41,132 nt of DNA from a virus (taxonomy: Duplodnaviria > Caudoviricetes), in IMG/VR virus record IMGVR_UViG_3300044657_000526, positions 1 to 41,132 of that record. The stretch is one strand, 5' to 3'. Each line of letters opens with the position of its first letter. Position 1 is the stretch's first letter. Shown here piece by piece: positions 19,114 to 26,977 of the stretch. A model generated the notes under the pieces. The model did not search any database, had not been told where the DNA came from, and saw only the letters and a list, made by a program, of their open reading frames with translations. A program made the position numbers and the translations under genes.

Positions 19114-19328
19114 GCTATCTTCTCCACGCTTATTTCTATCAGGAGTTGTTCGTACTTCGCTAGTTTGCGTATGCATTGCTTGAGCTTAATACTATCGCGC
19201 TGGTGTGCTTTGTAGCACGCTTCATCTAGTGAGCCTTCAAAGTCTGGACGCTCTGTATTTATAGTATCTGCGCAGTCTTCTTCAATCTTCAGGAGCTCTC
19301 GCAAGAACTCTACTTCTTTACTAATCAT
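19110..19328 (-). CDS. Hypothetical protein
   Basis: 72 aa, translationally coupled at both ends. Confidence 0.7.
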   Translation of the reverse strand: MISKEVEFLRELLKIEEDCADTINTERPDFEGSLDEACYKAHQRDSIKLKQCIRKLAKYEQLLIEISVEKIA

Positions 19329-21571
19329 TAGCTTTCAGCCTCAAACGGGTTGTCGTTAAAAATCACGTACTCAGGATTGTCTTTGCCGCGGATTAAAATG
19401 CCATGACTGCGTATTGCCTTGTTTAAGCTGCGTAGCTCGCCTTGCATCTCTGTCATGGCTAGGTACAACGGTTCTAATGTGTGCTCAGTTAACCGCTCAG
19501 CTCGCAGTGCATCCAGGGTTACTTGCTGGTCATACTCTACTGCTAAGTTCTTGAGATACTCAATCATGTTATGCTTCATAGCGTAAGCTATACGCTGAGC
19601 TGCGTACATACTGTCTGCGATGAGTGCAAGCTTATGTTCAGACTCTGGCGGTGACATATACTCTGTCTTAGTTAGCGCTGTTATCTCAGTAGCTAAATAA
19701 TAACAGAAGTCTTTAAGCTCACTCATTATCTTGTCATACACAACCGACATACCACCAGCATCAACAACCCACTGTTGCTTAGCTAATACATTAGGCGTCG
19801 GTAGGAAGCATATCCGTCTGTCACCATCTTCTAGCATCAGCGGGTTCTTGTTAGCCGTCATAATGAATGTAGCGCCATGCTCGTAGACGAAGCCGTCAGT
19901 ACGCATCTGTCTGATAGTAACCTTTTTCTTACCTGTATATGCTTTCAATTTACCAAGAGCTTCTTCACGGTCAGATAGCCTGGTAAGCTGGTTACCGTAC
20001 TCATCTAGTTGTATGAAGTAATTATCCAGCATATACGTGTTGTACACTTCCAGGAATTCTTTCACTGTCGGTCGTGCAATACCACCCATGATAGTCTCTA
20101 GCAGTGCAACGTAAGTATCTTTGCCCGAACCGTGAGCGCCGAGGAAGTACAATATCACTGGGCTATACTCAAACATTGTTAGCTTACGTTTAGTGAACGC
20201 TAACAGGTAGTCACGCATAGCTTCTTCAGGTACCAACGTTTCCAGATACTTAAGAGTGGTCACTGGCCTGTTGTAGTACTCACGGTATGGTGCAGGGTCA
20301 TTCAATATCATTAGCTCAGGTGTATGTCTGAATGTGTTGAGCGTCTTTATTATTGATTCATCCACCAAGGTAAAGCCAAAAGGCAAGCTAGGTTTAGCCA
20401 CCACGTTAATAAGAGGTAAGCCACGCTTGAGCTCAGCTTTCTTGGGGGAGTTAAGCGCAACGCTTTCCAGGTAGCTCTGTAGCTCCGCATCACGGCCAAA
20501 CTGCTTGATATGTTCATTAACAATATCAACACAATAATACAAGTTTCTGTTATCATCAAATCCTAGCTCCACGTTAGATTGTCGTTTTGTATGGAGTACC
20601 ATACGGTGTGTTTTCCAGTCTTCATTATACTGCCAAATTACTTTGCCGTTGACTTTAGAACCACCGCTTATCATAGGGTCAAGCACTGTTGCTTCAAACT
20701 TACTTTCTTCCATGGGTGAGTCCCACAGAGAGTTTATTAATGTCATTGCCTGCACATACAGGTCTAAACTAATGCTGCTATCAGCGCCAAGTACAGCACT
20801 AATCTTAACTAAGTATTCGCTACCACGGCCTTCAGGCACGTTCTCTGGATGCAAGTGACCACTCTTAACATATTGTGGCTCACGTCTAAAATCTTTAGGT
20901 GTTATTACTTTGAATAACCCAGGCATGTAGTCTTTAGATACAATGAATTGCTCAACTAATGGTGCGAGACAGTTACCGGTACTTACATTTGAAGGAGCCA
21001 CCTGGTTGTCTGATGGTGTTACTTTAGCTTTATGTAGTTGTTGTATCAAAAGCTTAACAGTAGCAGGCATCTCTTTTAGTTCTGGTAACTCTGTCAACGT
21101 GACCTTAGTTTTGTTTGCTTCTGTAGGTAAGTACACAAAGCCGTTGTTAGCATATATGTCTAACGCGATGTGGTTATCAGCTAAACTAAATGATAACGGT
21201 ATATCAGAGTCAAACTTATAGATGAATGTACCAGCTGGATAGCCTTTACCAAGCGACTCAAATACAAATGTATAGTCAGGGTCTAACGCCTTGAACATCT
21301 TATATGTAGTCTCGTTGTCACAGTCTATCGCGATGATGCCAGAGCACTCACCTGTTATAGTACCACCTAACTTAGCTTTTATAGCGTTCTGTTCTACCTG
21401 GTACTTCTGTCTCCAACCTGCTTCAAATTTGGGTATGGTCTTAGTGCCATCGTCATTGCGCTCAAGCTTACCCTTCAGCGGTACGGTGTGCCAGCCCATG
21501 TTTATGAACTTCTCTATTGTTTGCACAGGCGCCATTCTCCTTGTGTAGGGAAATATCCAACGTATGTCCAC
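19328..21571 (-). CDS. Bifunctional primase-polymerase fused to SF3-like NTPase/helicase
   Basis: TGECSGIIAIDCD, GFVYLP, EGRG..L, GAHGSGKD, LDE, MTAN, DRR; true start probably 21535 or 21526. Confidence 0.85.
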   Translation of the reverse strand: MDIRWIFPYTRRMAPVQTIEKFINMGWHTVPLKGKLERNDDGTKTIPKFEAGWRQKYQVEQNAIKAKLGGTITGECSGIIAIDCDNETTYKMFKALDPDYTFVFESLGKGYPAGTFIYKFDSDIPLSFSLADNHIALDIYANNGFVYLPTEANKTKVTLTELPELKEMPATVKLLIQQLHKAKVTPSDNQVAPSNVSTGNCLAPLVEQFIVSKDYMPGLFKVITPKDFRREPQYVKSGHLHPENVPEGRGSEYLVKISAVLGADSSISLDLYVQAMTLINSLWDSPMEESKFEATVLDPMISGGSKVNGKVIWQYNEDWKTHRMVLHTKRQSNVELGFDDNRNLYYCVDIVNEHIKQFGRDAELQSYLESVALNSPKKAELKRGLPLINVVAKPSLPFGFTLVDESIIKTLNTFRHTPELMILNDPAPYREYYNRPVTTLKYLETLVPEEAMRDYLLAFTKRKLTMFEYSPVILYFLGAHGSGKDTYVALLETIMGGIARPTVKEFLEVYNTYMLDNYFIQLDEYGNQLTRLSDREEALGKLKAYTGKKKVTIRQMRTDGFVYEHGATFIMTANKNPLMLEDGDRRICFLPTPNVLAKQQWVVDAGGMSVVYDKIMSELKDFCYYLATEITALTKTEYMSPPESEHKLALIADSMYAAQRIAYAMKHNMIEYLKNLAVEYDQQVTLDALRAERLTEHTLEPLYLAMTEMQGELRSLNKAIRSHGILIRGKDNPEYVIFNDNPFEAES

Positions 21572-21822
21572 TCATCAGGCTGTTCTTGAGCGGTCAACGC
21601 ATCTTGGTCTAGCCATACTGGACACAGTGAAGCTAATATAGCATAACGCACTTCTTCAGCGTGGTAGTCCAGTGCTAGGAACTCTTTAAGGAGCTTAACG
21701 ACTGCAGGCCGACTCATGTCGATGTCTAGCTGGCGCATAGCAGCGGCTAGCGGTATTCCTATTTTAGTTTTGCTCTCAAGCGCAGTTAATGCCTTGAATG
21801 ATAGCAGCTTTCTTCTTCGCAT
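21514..21822 (-). CDS. Hypothetical protein (possible HTH)
   Basis: 102 aa, strong GGAGG RBS, own promoter. Confidence 0.7.
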   Translation of the reverse strand: MRRRKLLSFKALTALESKTKIGIPLAAAMRQLDIDMSRPAVVKLLKEFLALDYHAEEVRYAILASLCPVWLDQDALTAQEQPDEWTYVGYFPTQGEWRLCKQ

Positions 21823-21846
21823 ACTTTAATCCTCCGTTAATCTATT

Positions 21847-21875
21847 ATTATATAACGAAAATTATCAAAACGGAA
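21847..21875 (-). promoter_or_regulatory. Sigma70-like promoter for the replication operon
   Basis: TTCCGT-17 nt-TATAAT upstream of GGAGG. Confidence 0.55.
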
Positions 21876-21878
21876 TTA

Positions 21879-22073
21879 TTAATTTATCTTATACACAATA
21901 CTAGTGTAGTCTGCATACTCATGCTTGCTAACAATAGTAACTGTGAGACCTACCTGGTTCGCCATGTCATGTAGCTGGCGCTCAGGTACTAAGGTAGTAT
22001 GTCGACCTGGTAGTGTTTTATTAAGCACTGTAGCTAACCTAGCTACCGCTAATCGTTGTTGCCTATGATACAT
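21879..22073 (-). CDS. Hypothetical protein
   Basis: 64 aa from ATG 22073 with GGAG. Confidence 0.6.
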   Translation of the reverse strand: MYHRQQRLAVARLATVLNKTLPGRHTTLVPERQLHDMANQVGLTVTIVSKHEYADYTSIVYKIN

Positions 22074-22332
22074 GCTTATTCTCCCGTTGGTATATTGCTG
22101 CACGACTAACGCCGTATTTATTAGCTAACTCTGTCACTGTGTGACTAGTGCGCTCTGATAATAGCTTAACCCACATGTGCTCATGTAAGGTTACCTGGTT
22201 CTGCGGTGTTGCTAGCCCCGCCTCACCTGCTATCTGTGAGATGCGAGACCTGGACACTTGTGCAATGCCTGCTATCTCTTCATGTGAGTACACTTTAGAC
22301 TTAAGCATAGCAATTATAATATCTTTGTCCAC
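22063..22332 (-). CDS. Double helix-turn-helix DNA-binding protein
   Basis: SHEEIAGIAQVSRSRISQI and TVTELANKYGVSRAAIYQ; GTG 22332 with GGAGG and TAGTG coupling. Confidence 0.8.
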   Translation of the reverse strand: MDKDIIIAMLKSKVYSHEEIAGIAQVSRSRISQIAGEAGLATPQNQVTLHEHMWVKLLSERTSHTVTELANKYGVSRAAIYQRENKHVS

Positions 22333-22880
22333 TAGCTTGCCTCCATAACTAATAGTAGTATAGGTTTCCATACTTTCCACCATTCTAGTGCTTGGTTATC
22401 CATCTGTTGGATAGTGTTGTCATCAAATGAACACCATTCTTCCCAAGTGTAATGCTTACAACCTATTTGCATTACGTCTTTAGTGTATGTAACTGTGTAC
22501 GCACTAGTTTGTACAGTTTTAATCTCTTTGCCGTTACCTATACAGTCCCAAAGGTCAGCTCCACTCAGGTTAACTCTACGCAGGTCAGCATCACTCAGGT
22601 TAACTCTACGCAGGTCAGCTCCACGCAGGTAAGCATCACTCAGGTCAGCTCCACTCAGGACAGCTCCACTCAGGTCAGCATCACTCAGGTCAGCTCCACT
22701 CAGGTAAGCATCACTCAGGTCAGCTCCACGCAGGTTAACTCTACGCAGGTTAACTCTACGCAGGTCAGCTCCACGCAGGTCAGCTACACGCAGGTCAGCT
22801 CCACTCAGGTCAGCTCGTTCACCTTCAGGGTTATTTTCAAGCCATAGCTTGTGTAGTCTTAGTATTTCTTTAATATCCAT
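22332..22880 (-). CDS. Pentapeptide repeat protein
   Basis: Many A(D/N)LxG repeats between HKLWL N-terminus and MQIGCK..W C-terminal domain. Confidence 0.92.
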   Translation of the reverse strand: MDIKEILRLHKLWLENNPEGERADLSGADLRVADLRGADLRRVNLRRVNLRGADLSDAYLSGADLSDADLSGAVLSGADLSDAYLRGADLRRVNLSDADLRRVNLSGADLWDCIGNGKEIKTVQTSAYTVTYTKDVMQIGCKHYTWEEWCSFDDNTIQQMDNQALEWWKVWKPILLLVMEAS

Positions 22881-22908
22881 GTGCACTCCTAACGTGACAC
22901 TGTTACTT

Positions 22909-22935
22909 AAAAAGAAGGGTGACTTGCGCCACCCT
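22909..22935 (-). terminator. Intrinsic terminator
   Basis: AGGGTGGC-GCAA-GTCACCCT followed by TCTTTTT. Confidence 0.85.
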
Positions 22936-22943
22936 AAATTATG

Positions 22944-23417
22944 CTATGCTGCTAACAAGTCTTCAAGACTGTCGTAGCCTGTGATACCTTCAGGTAACTC
23001 AACGATTGTAACACGTTTTTCTTCAAGCTCATCGATGATGCCAGCGATGTCTTCTGGGTCAACGTCACCTGAGATAACTTGAGCAAGAATGTCTTCTTTA
23101 GCTTTCTTGAACTCACTTTGTTGCTTAGTCCAAGCGCTAACGCCAAGCTTACACATCGGGTTAAGACCTGATGCACTGCCAACTTTCTTGCCGAACTCAA
23201 CTTCATCAGTGCGGAACCACTTCTGAAAGTATGAACAACGAACAGCAACGATGTTGCCTTCTTCATCGCGGTGTGAAGTAGTAACATTGCTACCGCCTGC
23301 ACCGACACGAGCAACTGTTAGTGCTTCTACGTCTTTGTAAATTTCTTCAACTGTAGCTGACATGTTAGCAGCTAATAATGACATGATTGGTTGGAACGCC
23401 TTTTTAATAGTGGCCAT
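22944..23417 (-). CDS. Hypothetical early protein, paralogue of 25478..25900
   Basis: 157 aa, AAGGAG RBS; shared ASGLNxMCKxGVSxWTKQQ. Confidence 0.85.
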   Translation of the reverse strand: MATIKKAFQPIMSLLAANMSATVEEIYKDVEALTVARVGAGGSNVTTSHRDEEGNIVAVRCSYFQKWFRTDEVEFGKKVGSASGLNPMCKLGVSAWTKQQSEFKKAKEDILAQVISGDVDPEDIAGIIDELEEKRVTIVELPEGITGYDSLEDLLAA

Positions 23418-23456
23418 TTCTGGACTCCTTTAGTTAGAATGTTTTTGAACTATTTA

Positions 23457-23486
23457 ATAATATCAAGTCTGTGCGAAATTGTATAA
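23457..23486 (-). promoter_or_regulatory. Sigma70-like promoter with extended -10
   Basis: TTATAC-18 nt-TATTAT with TGn before the -10. Confidence 0.5.
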
Positions 23487-23503
23487 TAACTTTTAGCTAT
23501 ATG

Positions 23504-23737
23504 CTATTTCAATGTTTGTAACCTGGCCTGGAGCTTCTGTAATGAAGCGTATGGCGCCTTACTAACTATCAATAGCTGGAGGTACTCACGGCCTGTGGCG
23601 GTCTGCTGGTCGCGTAACCTCCTGGCAGTCTTGCGTACGACAGCATCCTGGTTGCGTTGCGGGTGTATAGCTAATGCTAGCTCCAGCGTGAGTAGTGCAC
23701 TAAGCAGTGCTGGTATATAGTCGGTGTGTGTGGTCAT
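23504..23737 (-). CDS. Hypothetical protein
   Basis: 77 aa from ATG 23737 with GGAG. Confidence 0.65.
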   Translation of the reverse strand: MTTHTDYIPALLSALLTLELALAIHPQRNQDAVVRKTARRLRDQQTATGREYLQLLIVSKAPYASLQKLQARLQTLK

Positions 23738-23817
23738 GCGTATAACTCCATAAGTGTGCAGATAACTGCAAGTATAATAAGTAGTTTGGTAACTAAGCGT
23801 CGTTCTTGTTCTACCAT
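23734..23817 (-). CDS. Small membrane peptide (27 aa), not in ORF track
   Basis: MVEQERRLVTKLLIILAVICTLMELYA; GAGG RBS; ATGA overlap with next gene. Confidence 0.55.
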   Translation of the reverse strand: MVEQERRLVTKLLIILAVICTLMELYA

Positions 23818-24071
23818 AAGTCCTCACTGAATAAGTTCATGTGACCGCACTGCATAGGCAATAGCTTCTGCCCGATGCTCCTGACGTACTGCATAGCTTG
23901 CTCACGGTCCAGGTACTCTCCAGTCGTGGTGTAGAATCCCTGGTTTTTGCCGCCGCATGCGTCGTTTTTACCACCCTGGTGAGCGAACTGAAGTATGTCA
24001 CAGTGGCGGTGAGGTGATGGCATGCGTATCTCTGTGCCATCTTTAAGCCTGACGGCTACACCTATTATCAT
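23811..24071 (-). CDS. Hypothetical phage protein
   Basis: RHCD..QGF....YLDREQA...LFSEDLW pattern seen in small phage proteins; GGAG RBS. Confidence 0.8.
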   Translation of the reverse strand: MIIGVAVRLKDGTEIRMPSPHRHCDILQFAHQGGKNDACGGKNQGFYTTTGEYLDREQAMQYVRSIGQKLLPMQCGHMNLFSEDLW

Positions 24072-24277
24072 TGTGTCTTCTCCTGTTGGTAGTGTTTCAC
24101 TAGAGGATTTACCTCCGGTTTGCTGTCTGAGTTATCCATGTTATAAGCGAGTAAGCCTAGTAAAGTATTCCTTAGTGAGTAGTAGTGGTCCTCGTTCATA
24201 GTCTTGTTCCAATTACCTAAAATTGCATTAATAGCACGTTGCTCTGCAGAAGTTTCTTTCATTCTTTCAATATTCAT
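24068..24277 (-). CDS. Hypothetical protein
   Basis: 69 aa, coupled to neighbours. Confidence 0.65.
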   Translation of the reverse strand: MNIERMKETSAEQRAINAILGNWNKTMNEDHYYSLRNTLLGLLAYNMDNSDSKPEVNPLVKHYQQEKTQ

Positions 24278-24279
24278 AG

Positions 24280-24888
24280 TTATGCCTTATTATGTGTTGT
24301 TGCTGCGAGTGCCTCGAGGACAGCCAGGTCAACGCCGAGTAACTGAGCTGCTTGCTTAAGTATCTGCGTGCGAGGCAAGCTCCTGGGCTTACGCCCGACA
24401 AATCTGCCTTGCTGGGCTACCACGATGTTCGACATGCTCGTGTTATAAATGTTAGCTAAGTCACACGGTCGCTCATGTGCGCAGTTGTCACGGATGTGCT
24501 CCTTCTCTTCAATGCTCAGTGGTCCGAACGGTCTGTCGGTCGCTACTGGCTGGCGGGGGAGGCGGGTGAACTTGCCCTGCTGAGCGAGCCGCACGTTCTG
24601 GTAGGACGTTTTATAGTGCCTAGCTAATAGTGTAGGCGGTTCTGCTATGTGGTACTGTAGTATCTCCTCCTTCTGGTACTTATCTAAAGGCCCCATCACC
24701 TGGTTCGCTGTACACGGATGTAGTCTAGGTGCTGTGCCGTGAACTAACTGCCTTAGGTCCTCCGCTGTATATCGGCCCTTTGTGTACACCTTAGCTATAT
24801 TATCAAACATCTTGCTGTTGATTGGTGCCTCCTTTTCTTGGAGGAATTGGACAATTTCTTGTATAGTGCTATCTTTATTTAACTTCAT
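24280..24888 (-). CDS. Putative DNA-binding protein with two tandem HTH-like repeats
   Basis: GPL..KE.I..LA..Y.TS..N...AQQG(K/R)F occurs twice; AAGGA RBS. Confidence 0.7.
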   Translation of the reverse strand: MKLNKDSTIQEIVQFLQEKEAPINSKMFDNIAKVYTKGRYTAEDLRQLVHGTAPRLHPCTANQVMGPLDKYQKEEILQYHIAEPPTLLARHYKTSYQNVRLAQQGKFTRLPRQPVATDRPFGPLSIEEKEHIRDNCAHERPCDLANIYNTSMSNIVVAQQGRFVGRKPRSLPRTQILKQAAQLLGVDLAVLEALAATTHNKA

Positions 24889-24992
24889 TTACTTGGTCCT
24901 TTTTCTAGATTATTTATCGAAAATTACATCATTGAGCATCGAATAATATCGTGGTTTTTTGGCCCTGGGAATAAAAATTTAACAATAAAGCG

Positions 24993-25005
24993 TAACCTAT
25001 TGATT
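24993..25005 (-). promoter_or_regulatory. IHF consensus site in AT-rich intergenic region
   Basis: AATCAATAGGTTA matches WATCAANNNNTTR. Confidence 0.45.
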
Positions 25006-25225
25006 TATAAGGATTAAATCAATCCGGGCATTCTTTATTATTATATTTTATATCCATAAGTCTATTTTGAGCATGTGTATATATACGATTGTACGGTCGT
25101 ACCATTTACACGTATAGTGGCACCGGTGAATGATAGCGATTTATTGTTTGATACGATTTTTTTTATAGATATAAAATATAATAATAATATATACTGTATC
25201 AGTAGCCTCCTCGCTATACACTTAG

Positions 25226-25384
25226 TTAACAGTCAAACAGCTCACTCTCTATCTTAGTTAACAAGGCCTTCAGCTTCAAATAATGTAAGTGCTCAGCCTT
25301 CGTTCTCTCTTTTAGCTCAAGAGCCTTTGCCTGGTATCCAAGTGCTCGGCACACTACTATAAGTGCATCATGTGTTAGTTCCAT
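25226..25384 (-). CDS. Small hypothetical protein (52 aa), not in ORF track
   Basis: MELTHDALIVVCRALGYQ...SELFDC with AGGAG RBS. Confidence 0.7.
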   Translation of the reverse strand: MELTHDALIVVCRALGYQAKALELKERTKAEHLHYLKLKALLTKIESELFDC

Positions 25385-25423
25385 GGTATTCTCCTGGTTG
25401 ATAAATAATATTCAGTCTGTTGA

Positions 25424-25445
25424 TTGAGTAGGTAAACCTACTCAA
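25424..25445. other. Perfect 10-bp inverted repeat (hairpin)
   Basis: TTGAGTAGGT-AA-ACCTACTCAA. Confidence 0.7.
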
Positions 25446-25477
25446 ATAATATTCTTAAAATATAGTTGACAACAGTG

Positions 25478-25900
25478 TTAAGCCATTGAGTGCTCTATTA
25501 TCTTAGTTCTTTCTGCTTCTATAAGAGCTTCTGCACCTGGCAGTTCTTCTATAGTAAGCTCGCCCGAACCTAACTTAGTTAGTAGTTCTTCTCTTGACTT
25601 CTTCGCTACTCGTTGTTGTTTAGTCCAGTTGCTCACACCCTCTTTACACATTGTATTGAGGCCACTTGCAGTGTTTTTCTTTGGACCATACTCAATAGTG
25701 TCTACATCTTCCCAAACTTTGTGATAATAGCAGAATACCTGGGTGACAAAACCTGCATCATCTACTTTGAAGGTTTTGTCATTAGTCTTCTTACTGCACA
25801 TAACTTTAAGTTCGTCTAATATAGTACTTACTTTCTTAGTTTTGTTTTCTTCTAAAAAAGCGATTAAGTCTACGAAGTCTTTCTTGATTGCTGTTGTCAT
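25478..25900 (-). CDS. Hypothetical early protein, paralogue of 22944..23417
   Basis: 140 aa; CYYHKVW...ASGLNTMCKEGVSNWTKQQ. Confidence 0.85.
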   Translation of the reverse strand: MTTAIKKDFVDLIAFLEENKTKKVSTILDELKVMCSKKTNDKTFKVDDAGFVTQVFCYYHKVWEDVDTIEYGPKKNTASGLNTMCKEGVSNWTKQQRVAKKSREELLTKLGSGELTIEELPGAEALIEAERTKIIEHSMA

Positions 25901-25961
25901 AATATTTTACTCTTAGTTAGTTGATTTCTTAGTATTAACTATAGAAGTTAATACTAAAGAG

Positions 25962-26171
25962 TTATTCAGTTTCTGGGTAGAAGTCAAAGATGCTACAGTT
26001 GTGCTCTGCACACACATTAATAGCATCATTCATCATCTCTTGTAGTTTTTCAGGTTTGGTCAAACTACTAAAATTTGGTATATCACACACTAAGTCATCA
26101 GCATGCCAAAGCATATCAGCTGTTATTAGTGTTGTAATAAACATTTTAACGTCTTGTAGTGTCTCTATCAT
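25962..26171 (-). CDS. Hypothetical early protein (first gene of early transcript)
   Basis: 69 aa; leader AACTAAAGAGTAA shared with the next gene. Confidence 0.7.
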   Translation of the reverse strand: MIETLQDVKMFITTLITADMLWHADDLVCDIPNFSSLTKPEKLQEMMNDAINVCAEHNCSIFDFYPETE

Positions 26172-26238
26172 AATTGTTACTCTTTAGTTAATTAATACTA
26201 AGAAGTCAACTACACTTTAAGAATATTACTTATACTAA

Positions 26239-26300
26239 TTGTTAAAGAACTCTACGTCTATATCGCACTCGTATAGACTTTGAATAACGTTGTTACTCAA
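26239..26300 (-). promoter_or_regulatory. rrn-like antitermination leader: two hairpins followed by boxA
   Basis: Hairpins 26280-26300 and 26256-26278, then GTTCTTTAACAA at 26250-26239. Confidence 0.65.
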
Positions 26301-26311
26301 GAAGTAAATTA

Positions 26312-26340
26312 ATTATAGTCTTTAATTCAACATTGTGAAA
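26312..26340 (-). promoter_or_regulatory. Early sigma70-like promoter
   Basis: TTTCAC-17 nt-TATAAT (or TTCACA-16 nt) immediately upstream of the structured leader. Confidence 0.65.
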
Positions 26341-26633
26341 TAACTAATTGGACTATGATATACTATTTAGTTATATGAACAGAATTATTATATTATATTA
26401 GATATTGGACCAATATTGTGTTAAACAAGCCAAACGGTCAATCCTGGAGACATTTAGTTATAGGCCTATTGATAATACTCTTTATTAAATAAAGTGTCTT
26501 AAAATGACTGTGAGGAGTTCTGACTAAATTGAGACTGATTTTTTATAGCTTTTAGCTATAAGGGTGACTATCATGTATGAATTGATTTGTACAATAACTT
26601 ATTGGCATATCTTATAGCTATTAGAGTTGAGTA

Positions 26634-26752
26634 ATTGGTCTTACCTATTTACCTGGTGGGTGATTGGTCTTACCTATTTACCTTTGGGTGATTGGTCTTA
26701 CCTTTATCTACCTGGAGGGTGATTGGTCTTACCTTTATCTACCTGGAGGGTG
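26634..26752. repeat. Tandem repeat, 4 x 28-31 bp
   Basis: ATTGGTCTTACCT...ACCT..GGGTG starting at 26634, 26663, 26691, 26722. Confidence 0.92.
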
Positions 26753-26789
26753 GGCTAGGGCCAGTCCCGGGGCGGCTATTGTCTCAGGA

Positions 26790-26956
26790 AATTGGTGGTT
26801 TACTTGTGTACTAAAGTATACCGTATTAAATTTATATAAATGCACTACGAGTAATTGGTGGTTTACTTGTGTATAAAAGTATACCGTATTAAATTTATAT
26901 AAATGCACTACGAGTACGTATTAAATTTATATAAACGCACTACGAGTACGTATTAA
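26790..26956. repeat. Nested tandem repeat: 2 x 63 bp plus an extra 32-bp sub-unit and a partial unit
   Basis: 26790-26852 is nearly identical to 26853-26915; CGTATTAAATTTATATAAAyGCACTACGAGTA occurs three times. Confidence 0.92.
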
Positions 26957-26977
26957 GGCGTACAAGTAGCGCACATC

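Noticed and set aside
22452-22847. Plus-strand ORF with QVSST repeats
   Set aside because: Antisense shadow of the pentapeptide repeat gene
25000-25022. FNR site (TTGAT...ATCAA)
   Set aside because: Half-sites are 13 nt apart rather than 4
26664-26876. 70-aa plus-strand ORF
   Set aside because: By-product of the tandem repeats; weak start and no downstream operon
26634-26956. CRISPR or mini-CRISPR array
   Set aside because: Repeats are contiguous with no unique spacers and there is no cas operon; the Cas4-like exonuclease is an ordinary phage replication gene
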